Notes: generated by a model from the letters alone, not told the origin. 57,419 nt of DNA, filler included, from Sphacelaria rigidula (GCA_964200075.2; 4 parts of 4 records of this genome joined end to end with filler, not necessarily neighbours in it), one strand, 5' to 3'. Counted from the whole stretch's first letter, positions 1-12,699 are shown. Translations and numbers: made by a program.

Positions 1-59
1 CCCCCCCCCCCCCGTCCTCCCCCTGGAAACGAGCCTGGCTCTATCTTTTTGTCTCTTGT

Positions 60-402
60 ATTCCTTTCTCTACGTTTCACTCCTTCTATCTCCCGTTTCT
101 TTCAGTTTCCCCCATTTGTTTTTATGTTTCCTATCACGAGCTGAATTGTTGCAGTCAGTTACGTAATGCGAGATAACCAGCTCGTTGTGTTGTTGTGTTG
201 TTGTTGTTTGTATTACAGTTGTTGTTGTTGTCGTTGTTGTCGCTGCTCCCTCTCTTCTGTCCTCTATGTGGCTGTCGCTTCTGTCTTTTCTTTTCCTTTC
301 ATTCTTTCGTATTCTGCTCTTTTGTTCCGTTGCTCCTGACGACGGGCTGGATTGTTGCAATCAGCTAATATAATGTGATATTATCAATCAAATCAAATCA
401 AT
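60..402 (+). repeat. Retroposon-like 3' end (family A): (TTG)n tract, T-rich body, (AATC)n tail
   Basis: Contains ctcctgac(g/c)acgggctg(g/a)att(g/a)ttgcaatcagcta..atcaatcaa. Homologous copies at 5885-6116, 19276-19640 and (minus) 55392-55553. Confidence 0.7.
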
Positions 403-740
403 TAACGCATATACTTCTCCCTTGCCAGTCGACGGAAAGGCGTGGACAAGGAACGACTGAGATGAGCGACATGGGTGGCATGCGGTTCATGTACAACATT
501 CAGCGCCGATGCTCTCGTTTTTCTTGAAACTCATATATTATTTACAAAAGACGGGGGACGAAGGGGAACCGCTTATATTAGGAAAAGCTGCGGTCTACTT
601 CGGCACCGCGCTGTAAACGGCTTGCCACCCCAGCCAATTCCTTCCAACACGACAGCCAGTTGTTTTCGTTCGCTGCGCGTTGCCTATACATATATACACA
701 CATCGGGAAATGTTCCGATTTCTCTCATGGTCTCGTCCAG

Positions 741-921
741 GGAACGAGCTGTTTGAGTTCAATGCTACAAGCGGCGAGAATCTGCATGAAGACGGGAGTC
801 CATTCCTTCGAGGACACGCAGGAAGCGAACTGTGGGGGTTGTCCTGCCACCCATCCGCCCCCGAGTTTTGCACCATAGGCGAAGACAAGCAGCTGGTCAT
901 TTGGGATATTTACTCGAAACG
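741..921 (+). CDS. EML5/6-like WD40 (echinoderm microtubule-associated protein-like) gene, internal exon A
   Basis: Acceptor tccag| and donor CG|gtaag. Translates (G)NELFEFNATSGENLHEDGSPFLRGHAGSELWGLSCHPSAPEFCTIGEDKQLVIWDIYSKR, with the EML-type 'GH..ELWGL..HP...F.T.G.D..L.IWD' WD40 motif. Confidence 0.9.
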
Positions 922-1544
922 GTAAGATAGTCGACGTGATATACTCACTCATAAAATCGGCGCCAACATTCAGTGGGGGTATTTGCTCCAAATTGTGAGC
1001 AATTTGATCCGAGGTGTTTCCATCAGAAGGAGAGAGGTATGGTTTTGTAATATCCCTTTACAACACTGACAACTCGCGAGCTTGGCAAGATTCAGCCCCT
1101 GCTTTAGTCGAGGTACCTGCCCCCCTTGCTTGTCTCACCCAGGGCCTTTTTCATGCTATTTTAGATTGCGTGCGACATGAGGTTTGCGTCATTTCGCTCA
1201 ACACAGTTACGGGCGCAGTATCTCAATGAACGTGAGACACCAATATAGTGGTCGAGAGCATCGTTCACTGAGAGCCGGGCCCAAACCACAACACTGGTTC
1301 TGAAAATGAGTGATTTTTCCACTCCGTTCCCGCCATTTTTTACGGTCTTGGGACATGACGCAATATGTATCTATCATCGACTTGAGTATTCCCTTGGGAT
1401 GTCCGTCTGGGATATATATTTGGGACATCCATATATATCCACCATAGCGACCCATCATGCATATCATATTTTGGGTGAGAATTGGGGTTGGGGATGTCCC
1501 AGATAAATATCCGCATCCATGATGGATAGCCGTGATTTTTTATT

Positions 1545-1760
1545 TTGATTGATTGATTGTCGCACTTTGACCAACCAGCAATGGGTCCAGCCGTGGTCGC
1601 ATGATAGACGTACCCAAGAAAAAAAAAACTGAAACACTCGTTCAAGAAAACGAAGCAGCGGAAAAAACTCGAACAGAATGACTTAGTAGACTAAGGTCTG
1701 GAAAACAAAAAATAAAGACAGGAAAAAAGAAAAAATCAACAAAAGCAAAGCACAGGAAGA
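1545..1760 (-). repeat. Retroposon-like 3' end (family B) with (AATC)n tail
   Basis: Clear homology to 16773-17005 (gattgattgtcgca...ccagc(c/a)gtggtc..catgatagacgta..gaaacactcg..caaaagcaaagcacag). Confidence 0.7.
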
Positions 1761-2641
1761 GATGACCATGGATGCCCGTATCACAGGTGGGTATGATGTC
1801 CTACAGTAGTGGGCGGTCTAACTATTCATTTTGAGGCATTTTGTGATTTCTTCGTAATTGGCGATTTCCTTGGACTCTTTTCGCTTGCTACCACTTATCA
1901 CATTGGGGATCCGAAGATATTTGTATCCGTTTCATATTCCAAGAAAAAAAAATCATATGTACTCAATATTGAGTGACTTACGGGCTGACCGGTCATCGGG
2001 GGTCCTGCGACGTTTCAGCCCAGATTCTTACTCTTCCGTATTTTCGGCCGATCGAGCCTGTCCCAATCGTATTTTTAAAAAAATGTACAGTTTTATTTTC
2101 TCAAAATTCTGCTTACTCATTGCACTAGAGCCGAAAAACTGTGTTTCACGGTCAATAACACCCTCCTGATGAACGGGGTATTTACTCGTTTGCCCAGTAA
2201 CACCAACTAGCACTGGCTTGAGCACTGTGTTCTGAGGTTGATCTATTCATTGTACCAAAATCTACCGACGCTAGCATTTTCGAGTTCTATCGAAGATTAG
2301 TACGAGAGAAAAACCTCAAAACCCCGCTGAATAGTTAGACGCCCACTACTGTTGGTAGATAGCCCAGGTGGGAATCCATATTCATTGTGGCACGGTTGTG
2401 CAAGGCTTTTGTTAAGCGATGGTCCGGTTTCTAGTTTTCCACTTTATCCCGCGGGTTTTCAGCACATTGTAGCCCAAACGTGGGAATGGACAATCGAGAA
2501 GCTGCAATCTTCAGAGAATATCTTCGGAAGGAAACACAAATAGGGTACAGTAGTCCACAGCATCTTTCCCCGCGGACTCTGAGCCCACACCCCGGTACTG
2601 GACGTATTTTCGACTGCTACCTACTTGGCGGGAGGGTGCAG

Positions 2642-2795
2642 GTGCCTGCGATCCCATGAGGTGGAAATGCCATCTCGAGCGGTGGCGTATTCCCCGGACG
2701 GAGCAAAAATTGCCGTTGGTTACGGGATGCCGATAAGACAGACGAGTAAGCAGTTCGACGGGAAATGGGTCATTCTCCAGGAAGATGACTTCCAG
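2642..2795 (+). CDS. EML5/6-like gene, exon B
   Basis: tgcag| ... CAG|gtgc, phase-compatible with exon A. Translates CLRSHEVEMPSRAVAYSPDGAKIAVGYG...FDGKWVILQEDDFQ (WD40 'AVAYSPDG..IAVG'). Confidence 0.88.
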
Positions 2796-3853
2796 GTGCA
2801 CAACTACAGCAGCCTACGCGTGCTGACTTCCGGTATGGGTACTGAAAGGATTTGCTCGCGACACGACGGACGATTACTGGTAGCAAAACGATAGTGTTTC
2901 GAGCCCTCTTCACAGTAGTGCTGCCATGATCCCGATGTTCACCATCCAGTTTCAGGTGGCCAACATCACGAGTGCGCACGCAAATACCCCGGCCGCGTGC
3001 GTTGCAGTCTCTTTTGATGGCCGAAGGACGTGAGCTTGCCCTTCGAGCGGCTGGACCCAGAAGCCCTAAATGAACGCAATTTTCCCTACAGAAGTATCTG
3101 GATGGTGAACGCGGAAGTGGGTTTTGTTTAAAATAGGCATAATTTTGGCGATCTGAGTTTTGCTCCCTTCGGAATAGTACTTAAATCCCGTATTTTTCTG
3201 CGCTGTGATTGAAGCAACATATCTACACGGTTCGGACGAATCATTGCCGGTTCGAATCACCAAATCCACGATTTTTCAGGCCTGATTGCTCCAAAAAAAA
3301 GAAAAAAACAAGGCGACCGATGGTCAGAAAGGTCTCCCCGCAATTTTTGCGCCATTCCACGTACCTGGGCTACGCGCACCTGGGTTACAACTTTGAAAAC
3401 AAAGCCCGAGGATTGATTCGTACCGTACGAATCAACTACGCTAAAATCGAGTGATCTCCAGACGAATCATTAATTCGTCCGACTCTTGCATATCTACCAA
3501 CGGTACGCCGTCATTTGCGGGTGCCCTAAGTCGTGTACTACGAAAAGGCATACAGGGACGGCGCCATGTAACTCGGGAATGAATCCCATATTATCCATCC
3601 GGACTCCCCCGCTAACCTGCGAGATATGTACATATAATTTTCATGTCATCATGTAGAGCTCAACTCGTTTTTTTGCTCACTGTATTCACGCATTCGTCTC
3701 ATGACCAGCCATAGATGTCCACGCGCCGGCACCCGTGGAGAAACAGTGCAGAGCGCACTTAATGCGAGTTACGTAACATTGTGGCCTGACGGCACTTAAT
3801 GTGAGTTACGTAACATTGTGTCCTGACAGTTACGTAACACTGTGTCCCGACAG

Positions 3854-3963
3854 GTGCTCCACGCTGCTCGCGACTCCCAGAAACACATCACGGACATCAA
3901 ATGGGCACCGAGCGGCCTGAGCTTGGCAATGGGTGCTGCTGACGGCAAGGTGTACGTTTATAG
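3854..3963 (+). CDS. EML5/6-like gene, exon C
   Basis: gacag| ... AG|gtgag. Translates VLHAARDSQKHITDIKWAPSGLSLAMGAADGKVYVY, a WD40 repeat. Not in the ORF track (too short). Confidence 0.88.
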
Positions 3964-3978
3964 GTGAGATGTCCATTC

Positions 3979-4426
3979 AACAGCCGATCATCGAAATTGA
4001 GGATGGAGCTTTTCATTGAGGATGGGAAACCCGGACGAGTAAAATCTGCTTATCAACACCAAATCTTCGAAATATGGTTTCATTCCACCTACTGGTAGCT
4101 ATGGAAAAGCGCTACACGTCATACAAGTTTAGATGTCGATAACCGAAATGTTGAGGCCCTGTATGAAGAAACAATTTCGAGGAATTTTGGTGATCGGATC
4201 GGATCGCCGAAATTCCTCGAAATTAGTTTTTCACCTATAGTAGGGCCCCAACATATCGGTTGTCGAAATCCAATTTTGTATGGCGTGTAGTGCTTTTCAA
4301 ATGCTACCTGTAGGTGAACGAATAGAACCATATTTCGAAGATTTGGTGCGGATACGAACATTTCAATTCCCCGGGTTTTCATCCTCAATAAAAAACCTCC
4401 ATCTTCAGTTTCGATGATCCGCTGTT
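3979..4426. mobile_element. ~445-bp MITE/foldback element, almost fully palindromic
   Basis: Ends aacagccgatcatcgaaattgaggatggag... and ...ctccatcttcagtttcgatgatccgctgtt are inverted repeats, with symmetry extending to a central gatcggatcggatc. Second copy at 6345-6789, fragment at ~43225-43335. Confidence 0.8.
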
Positions 4427-5549
4427 ATTTGCCGGTATGCGCCGTACACTATCGTGACGACGAAGTAGCTACCGTAACGTCAACAACAGCAAGGGTCGTT
4501 GATTAACGATGGAGGCTTCACCGCTTGCTGCTGATTCATTGGTAAAAGCTTGAAAGAAGCAACAACCGATAATCGTCTATGGAAAGTAGACTCAAAGCTG
4601 ACGCTAATCTGCAATTGCTTTTCTTTGTCTTCCAGAGCAAGAAGTCATTTTTTTTATTACTATTTATGCTCCAGCCAAGGGGTGATAAGGCAAATTTAGG
4701 TGTCAAAACAGGGCGCGCGCTTCACCACACCGCTGACGCTGCGGGTATTTCGTAGGCATGGATGCTGTTGACCAGATAGGCAGCTAAAATATAGGTACCA
4801 TTATCGACGCTGTTCTTTTCTTTTGCGTCGGTATCTTGCTTTGGCAGGTGCTACGATGATGGTAGACCTGGTGCTTAAAAACTCACGTGTACGGTATTCA
4901 AACGTTCAAAACACGCAATATGAAACGTTTCGTTGAACGTGTAACGTCTATTACACGTTACACACGTGCATTAAACGTTTCACGTTACATGAAACGTCAT
5001 GAACGCGTAAAACATGAAGCGATGCACACTTCAAGTTTGTAATAAAGTTTGAAATCCGAGAAGATTGTGCTTCAATAAACCAGGGCTCTACACGTTACAC
5101 GTACCACAACGTTACACGTTACGCCTACTGCGACCTCGGTACAGCTGCGAGCACCTACTGTGTCTAGCCGTTAGGATCGCCTCCTGTATCGATAGCTTGA
5201 GGATATAGTATATATACCTCCAGTGAATAAGCAATCGCTGCGATTCACCGTCAAATGGAGGGTTCGTATCATTTGAACGGATCCCTGAAATCCAGCGACA
5301 ATTTCAAGTGCAATTAGGCGTTAACTACGTGGTGTTTTATCCTATTTTGTCATATGTCTAGTGCCGCCTTCGCGGCGTGCGGAACATTCAGCACGAGGTA
5401 CTAACAAACCTCATCACATCGCGATAAGGATTTCGTAAAAAGCACGCCCCCCTGTACTGTCCCGCATTTCTTCTCGTATCACGGCTATATTTATTCTCAC
5501 AGGCTGTGGGTGATGACATGAATATTTTCAACCGTTCACCGACACGTGG

Positions 5550-5582
<33 letters not shown>

Positions 5583-5753
5583 CTGAAAAAGTCCAACCGT
5601 AACCATAATGTTCAGAAGCCAACATGTAATCTCGTACGAGTTACGTGTGAACGAATTCATACCGTTGGTTTACTTCAATGCTTACGGTACAGAGGAGATT
5701 TTTGAGAACACAAAATCTGTCCCTGTCCCGTGATGTATCCCGTGAACGTGCAG

Positions 5754-5859
5754 CACAATGGAGAGGTACTCTCTGGCCGCCATGCTTACGACACACAACA
5801 GCCCCATCGTCGCCATTGATTTCAGCACTGATGGCTGCTATGTTCGTTCCACGTGTCAG
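5754..5859 (+). CDS. EML5/6-like gene, exon D
   Basis: tgcag| ... CAG|gtgag, phase 2 in and 0 out. Translates (S)TMERYSLAAMLTTHNSPIVAIDFSTDGCYVRSTCQ, matching EML 'H.S.I..LDFS.DG.Y..S'. Confidence 0.9.
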
Positions 5860-5884
5860 GTGAGATATGATCGAGGGCTTCACA

Positions 5885-5914
5885 ATGCTATTTTGTTGTT
5901 ATTGCTGTTGTTGT

Positions 5915-5956
<42 letters not shown>

Positions 5957-6116
5957 TTGTTGTTATCGCTGCTCCCTTTCTTTCCTTTCGAGACCGTTGT
6001 TTCTGTATTTTTTTTCTTATTTTATTCTGTTTTTTTGTTGCTGCTCCTGACCACGGGCTGAATTATTGCAATCAGCTATTAATAATATGAGATAATCAAT
6101 CAATCAATCAATCAAT
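5885..6116 (+). repeat. Retroposon-like 3' end family A copy
   Basis: (TTG)n plus ...gctgctcctgaccacgggctgaattattgcaatcagct...(aatc)n; homologous to 60-402. Confidence 0.7.
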
Positions 6117-6344
6117 ACACCGTGGAGAAGTTGCTACCATTCACACACACCCCTCGCGGCGTGGTCATGTTGGATACTCACAGACAGCATCTCTGCTGCG
6201 TGCCGTGTTCTCTTCAACATGCATGCCGCATCATGGAGAGTAACCAGTAGGTCGGGGACATTTTCATGACTGTCGGGTGAGGACCCCAACTCTGCTTTCA
6301 CAACGGCTACGAAATAAGCACACACTACATACACTGCAGATACA

Positions 6345-6789
6345 AACAGCCGATCATCGAAATTGGGGATGGAACTTTTTGTCGGGGATGAGAACCCGGA
6401 AAATTAAAATCTTCGTATCCACACCAAATCTTCGAAATATGGTTCCATCCCTTCACTTACTGGTAGCTATTGACAAGTACTACACGCCATACAAATTGTG
6501 GTTTCGAGGACCGAAATGTTGGGGTCCTAGGTGACAAGCCACTTTCGGATAATTTCGGCGATCCGATCGGATCACCCAAATTCTCCCAAAATTGTTTCTT
6601 CATCTAGGACCCCAATATTTCGGTTGTCGAAATCCAAATTTGGAGGGCGTCTAGCAGTTTTCAATAGCTACCAGTAGGTGAAGGAATGAAACCATATTTC
6701 GAAGATTTGGTGCTGATTCGAATATTTTAATCCTCCGGGTTCTCATCCTCAATGAAAAGCTCCACCCTCAATTTCGATCATCGACTGTT
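6345..6789. mobile_element. MITE/foldback element, second copy of the 3979-4426 family
   Basis: aacagccgatcatcgaaattggggatgg ... ccaccctcaatttcgatcatcgactgtt, a long inverted repeat. Confidence 0.8.
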
Positions 6790-7229
6790 CTCAGTAGAAA
6801 GTGCGAAACAACGGATACATCTCGTAGTGCGAAAATTGCCTGATGCGCCCATCAAGAGGAAACAACAACGCGTTCAATGTGCTCTAATTCGCGGGGTCAG
6901 CGATAGCGTACCTCATCCAGGCATCCCGTCACCCCGCGGCGACGTTGAAGCGCGTCGTCCGACAAGAAGCGAAGAGGCGGTGATCAATGATACCGTTCAC
7001 AATATGGAACGGTTTTCATCCTTGCTTTCGCCCGGAATATTGTCGCTCTGACTCCCGACCTACGTTGCTGTATCCACTCCGTAACACCGCCATGCGAGTG
7101 GTGCCCAGATTGTCGATGTACACACATTACGGGTGCGACAACACCTATCCAGAGTTCTGATTTTGCATCGCCCACCTCCACCGCCGAATGGCCTGTCTCC
7201 GGATGTGAAACGTTTCTGTTCCGCACCAG

Positions 7230-7376
7230 GCGTACGAACTGTTTTCTCACGAAGCGGACACCGGGATGGTCATTCCCGCGCCATCCCGACTCAAGAACGT
7301 CGAGTGGGACACACAAACGGCGCTATACTGTTGGGCGTCTCAGGGAGTATGGCCTCCAGAGGCTGACGGCACAGAG
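7230..7376 (+). CDS. EML5/6-like gene, exon E
   Basis: accag| ... GAG|gtaat. Translates AYELFSHEADTGMVIPAPSRLKNVEWDTQTALYCWASQGVWPPEADGTE, matching EML 'YEL.....W.T.T....W..QG[IV]WP...DGTD'. Confidence 0.92.
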
Positions 7377-7499
7377 GTAATACAGACTTCGCTACGCTAC
7401 TGCCGAGCTTTCAGTGCTTCAAGCGAAAGACCGATAGTAACGTTTAGAAACCAAAGATATACAGTAGTAAGAGCATGCTAGTTCACCTCCTATTATAGA

Positions 7500-7700
7500 A
7501 TTCCAGAAAACGTTTTTTTTTGGTCATTGGAGAGTGCAAACATCTCAGGATCAGAGTGTAACGAAAAATTATGTTCCCCTCCGTCAAATGTGGTATCCCC
7601 TTAACTTTTTTCGATGAGGTGTTTATTTTTTATTTTTTATTCTGCACTCTGATCCTGAGACATTTGCACTCTGAAATGACAAAAAAGTAGGTCTGGGAAC
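7500..7700. repeat. Short inverted-repeat (hairpin) element
   Basis: gtcattggagagtgcaaacatctcaggatcagagtg pairs with cactctgatcctgagacatttgcactctgaaatgac. Confidence 0.6.
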
Positions 7701-8879
7701 TGAACCAGTTTGTACTGGCAGTTAAACTGGAACTGGAGTTTAACTGGAACTGGTGATGAGGACTCCAGTTCATCCAGTTTTTTTTAAGTTTGCCGTTACC
7801 GGCTATGTTTATACCATTTTTAGTACGGCAGTATTATAACAAAGATGCTTACATGATAACGAGCAAAATGACAGTAGAATTGGGGTCTGCACCTGACAAC
7901 AGTACAGGTACAGACAGTACAGCACAGTACTCGTAGCCACTATACCTCGAAGTGATATTGCGGATATATGCCAGGTTTGTTTGTCGTTTCATAGCACGAC
8001 ATCTGGATTCAAAAATAGCAAACAAACGGTAATCCGCGACCACAAAATACAAAGTTCACCATGACTTGCACTTCAACTGCATGCGTGCTTGTGGTTCTGG
8101 AAGTTAATCATTTTGAGCTCTTATCTCCGCGTGCTACCAGCCTTGGCTTCTTTGCATCTTCCTCTCCTCACGGAGAGTCTGCTGCTGCATATTACAGATG
8201 AATGGCTTTCGAATCGCTCAGCGCTTTGAATGGGATTTGAATGTCATCCGAGAGTGCCCTAAAATAACAATCCAAGACCCTATGCCCCTTTTTCGAATCC
8301 CATATTTTTTCGGGGGAGGGGGGGGGGGTTACTAAATCCCACACATGAATAAAAAGTCAGAAATAAAATAGAAATAATTAAAAAACTGAAAAATACTTGA
8401 TATAAAAAATAAATAAAAAATCTTTAAATCTTTGCATACCTTCGGAGCCAAGTGAGGCCAAGCTATATTTATGGGTTTCGACAATACACTGCACATCACA
8501 CTCCCACGACAAGAACAAGACCAGACAAATACAAAAATAATCTGCAACGCTTGCTCAATCAAGCTAAATGTATCTATCTGCACCGTCAATTTGCGTCCAA
8601 TGTGCGTCGCATCTTGTGGTGACAGATAGGGCCAACAAGCATGGGCGCTGCCTCGCCCAAGTCTCCCCAAATTGGCTATTTATTGAGTGTTTCTTAATGT
8701 GAAAAAAACAAAAATCCTACGACCGCCGAGGGGGGGAGGCGGGAGGGGGGTGTAGATAAGAGTCTCGGGGTTTTTCGGGGGGGCACTCCTGTGTCATCTA
8801 GGTCTTTAAGCTCCTCAACGTGAGGGGTCACATTTTCTGCAATTTTCCACATTTTTGAAGGGAAAACAAGCCAAATAAC

Positions 8880-9048
8880 GCATTTTTTCTCGCCTCCGGC
8901 GGCGCTCCCGCGAGACCTCCTCACCAGCCGAGGGAGTCGTTGGGGCTTCGCCGCTCGCCGCCAGTTACCTGAAAAACAATCGATGTACTGCCCGCGCCAG
9001 CGGCCAGTTTAAACGTAGCTGGCCAGAGCAGCCAGTTCACAGCCCTAC
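8880..9048. mobile_element. Terminal fragment of a non-autonomous DNA transposon (hAT-like TAGGGCTGTGAACTGG end)
   Basis: Ends ...ccagttcacagcccta, homologous to 45990-46200. The reverse-complement end tagggctgtgaactgg occurs at 43728. The superfamily is inferred only from the TAGGG terminus. Confidence 0.5.
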
Positions 9049-10717
9049 AAAAAAGGGTTTTTCGTTGGGTTTTTTTCTTCTATGGGCTCGCGGTACTATA
9101 CGCGTGGCGAGGAGGGCATTCTATAGTTAACTCTGTGACTGCAAAGTACTTGCTGTCCATATCAGCCCACTTATGCTAAATATGGGCATGTGTGAATTAG
9201 GCTTTTGTTTTCTATGCGTTTTTCTCCAAAACAAATTTTTCGTCTCGTTCAAAAGGGGTCATTTTGAAGCGGAAACCCCGCCGAGGCGTTAATACACTTA
9301 CTTGATTCTGGTGTGGAAGACCGAAAAACAAGAACCCAGAATTTATGCGAATTATATGCGCGCATTCAAAACAAAAGCCTAGTGTGAATTGAGTTATCCC
9401 TGTACACAGCCGTCTGCACTTCTTGTTGGCTATGAATCGTTTTGCAAATAGGACGCGATTCAACGTTTGGTGGAAATCGAGCTTGAGAGTTATGGACTAC
9501 ATTTAATTTTACAGTAAAGTCGCTCGCAGCAACGCAAGACAAAAAAAAAATGATCGCCTTTCAGTCCTCGTGTACTACTATTGAGGGGTTCAGAATCACA
9601 ACCCTACCCGCAGCTATCGTTTTTTGGCGCACAGCATCGCGGTCGTGTTGAAGCACAAATGGTTACCACTACTCAGTGGACGTATACAGTATAGTCAAAC
9701 CTCAAATAGGGTCTTCACTGAAACGGGATTTTTCCACACACGATGCCACCTCTTCACTCGAAAATTTGAGAGTCGGCAGGCGCTGAAAAAAGACGCAGGT
9801 CGTGCCCATGACGCGTTGTTCAATTTGTTGTTGTCGCAATAATAATACAGAGTAGAACCCCGTTTATCGAGGGAGTGCTATTGACCGTATATGGCCCAGA
9901 AACACGGCTTTTTCGGCGGTGACTCATGCTGTCTTCTTGATGTGTATTCCCGTCTCGTTGTTTTTTTTGTTTTTGTGTGTTACTCATCGTTTGTTTTGTT
10001 TTTTTGTCTGGAATCTCTGAAGAAACAATCAGAACTCCATAATATCTCTTGTAAGGAACGGTAGGGACGGTATTGAAAATGCGAGCCTACCTCTGCCATC
10101 AGGCTAATGTGCGAAAATAACAGTAAGAGTAAAAGCTCAATAAATTTCGAGAATATTTCGAAAAAAAAATGAAGCCGTTAAATAGTTTTTTGTAGCGACC
10201 CGAATCAGTTCGGTCGAGCACACATGTCAACAAGTGTGAACGGCGGCCGTATACTGGTACGACCCCCAAAGATCGGTAAGTCCGTATCTCATTAAAAATT
10301 GGTCGTAGACGAAAAAAAAAAAAAAAACTGGAACCTTTTGTTGGATACCTATGTATGTCGATTCCCAAAGTTTGGGATCGACCTGAAACCATGACGAGTC
10401 GTGGGAACCGAAAAAATCTGAAAGAATCGCCTCCAATTGAAAAAGACGAAGTTTAAATCTTAACCTCTCCATGTCTCAAACAATCAAAACTGCCGGTTTA
10501 CTCTCAACCATTGTCTTTCGAGTGGTACAAGCTGTATATCCCCCCGTTGCCGATGATTGTCCGTACCCAAATAGTCCACCTCTGTGTCGTGCATGTAGGA
10601 ATTCTGCGTATAGGATCCTCGCAGTAAGCAGCTTTCTACTTGCGTGAGTCGACAAATGTCTCGTACCCCCGCCTTGCGGTAATTATGACTTTCCGTCGTC
10701 CTACGCCGTATGCACAG

Positions 10718-10848
10718 GTTATGAGCATCGATGCGACCATCCACAGCGAGCATATCAGTAAGGCGGTCGCCGCCGGCGACAATCTCGGCCGCATTCGCTT
10801 ATTCCGCCAACCGTGCACATCGCCATACGCAGACAGAAAGACGTACAG
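10718..10848 (+). CDS. EML5/6-like gene, exon F (ends at a GC donor)
   Basis: cacag| start. Translates VMSIDATIHSEHISKAVAAGDNLGRIRLFRQPCTSPYADRKTY(R), matching EML 'GDD.G.V.LF..PC'. Ends AG|gcaagt, in phase with exon G. Confidence 0.88.
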
Positions 10849-11090
10849 GCAAGTCGCGACCGACGATAGGGGGCGGGGGCGTCATTTAGTGTGGGCAACA
10901 GAAAAAAGAGCAGTACAGTGTACGGTGATATCTTGTCTTGTCGCGACGAAGAGAATCATGTTGCCCTTCCAGTAGTGGTACCTCCCGGACCGTATCATCG
11001 AAGGATTCAAATGAAGTCGGTGAAAATATGGGAAGGATAAATATTTTGCCTTTTTTTTATTTATGGGTATGGGTGGTATGCTCCTTGCTC

Positions 11091-11177
11091 TCTATGACCA
11101 CGGGTTCGAGAGATCGAGCTAATGTGACGAACATGATAATAATAATGAAAATAATAATGATAATGGTAATGGTAATG

Positions 11178-11218
<41 letters not shown>

Positions 11219-11620
11219 TCGCATCTCGTCTTTTTCTCACCAGCTAGCCTCCCGGTGAGGAAGCCAGCCACGGGTCTGAAACTCAGAAGTATCCTGCCAT
11301 ACCGCCTGTCGTTGTACCACCACGCGTTGGTGGGGGCAGCCCTTCCACTTGCTCGTCATCAACCCTTGGATAAATTGTCGGCGGTAAACAGGATTTTGAG
11401 GGTTGTCTCCCCTGTTGGCGAAAAGTACTGTTCATCGCGCACTGATATTTTCCAAAAAGTCTAGAGCCCGAGATGGCAGACTTACCAGTCCGAAAATCGG
11501 ATCGCCAACCCCGCCGATTGGTGGGTTCAGAATCCGCCTTTTGGACATAGGGGCGCACAGTCAGATATAATTTTATTATTTCCCCACATTAGTCCGATCT
11601 CTCGAACCCATGGTCACAGA
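11091..11620. mobile_element. MITE with ~36-bp TIRs containing an (ATA/ATG)n microsatellite
   Basis: Left end tctatgaccacgggttcgagagatcgagctaatgtg, right end cacattagtccgatctctcgaacccatggtcacaga. A similar left end occurs at ~54725. Confidence 0.7.
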
Positions 11621-11859
11621 CGTAGGGTCGTCTTTACAATACTGTACCGTCCCTGCTATTCCTTACAAGACATCAGAGTCCTCCTTCATTTTTATTAGAC
11701 TCCAGCCTAAATACAAGAATGAACGCAGTCAACTAGGATATTACCCAAAATAAAATTAAGAAGAGAGACGCCAAGAAGACGGACGTATTGGGTAGACTCG
11801 GCTGAGATTGTGGATTTTTTTGCCGCCCGATCATCTCTTCACATTATGTGGGATAAGAT

Positions 11860-12100
11860 ACTCACGTGTCGACTGTGTGACGTCGACCACTGTGAGTTTC
11901 TTATCCCACACTTTGGAACATGACAGTAGAACACACAGTGAAAAAATGTACTGCCCACAGTATCGACTTTTGCACCTATTGCAATCGACAATATACAGTA
12001 TTCCATTCTGTATGCAGTACATTTTTGGACGATATAATTTATTTTCCGGGTTGTGGAGTCTTCTTCATTACGAGGTATAGACTTTTTTTGTTGGGATTCG
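11860..12100 (-). mobile_element. Degenerate copy of the SINE family at 47095-47648
   Basis: Shared body ...gcacctattgcaatcgac...ttccattctgtatgcagtaca...tccgggttgtg, followed by gggattcg. Confidence 0.5.
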
Positions 12101-12699
12101 TTCGCTAGATTCCGACTTGATGCACATTGTGCAATGATATCTCCGACTATCGCGGGTATTACTGGCGACTAAAATGAAGTCTGCCTCGTAGGGGTCGCAG
12201 TGACAGCTGTCGGCGATCATGCCCCCTGACCTGATACCGCCGCCAAGCAAGTGGCAATTTTAAATGATATCTGTTTGTTGATGTGACGGTTTATGCGACA
12301 GGCGAGTTAGGGGGGTCGAAACCGCTAACCGTTCTAAAATGTTGGGCGAGAGAAACGTTTTCACTGCTGCCCCTTGTGCACAGAGTGAAACGCACGACGT
12401 GCTGTCTTGAACAGCATTAATTTCGTCCTTCCATCCGACGGAACACATCTGTATGACCTCTTGCAAGCTTGTTCCGCGTAACATTACTACGACCTCAACT
12501 TGGACATGACGATAGGGGACAAGGGCGCGGCGGGGATGATGCTAAAGAATCCCCCCCCACACATACAGTGATCAATGGTCGAACGACTAAGGCAAGCAAC
12601 AAATGAGTACGCCCTCCCCACACACACACCTCTATCATGAATGTGGGGGATAGAAGACGACAGTAAGATGCGTATGGAAATCAAGGAAGAACAACCGCT

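Noticed and set aside
185-373. Poly-Val/Leu 'membrane protein' ORFs (also 5867-6090, 19276-19617)
   Set aside because: They are translations of (TTG)n tracts in repeat family A.
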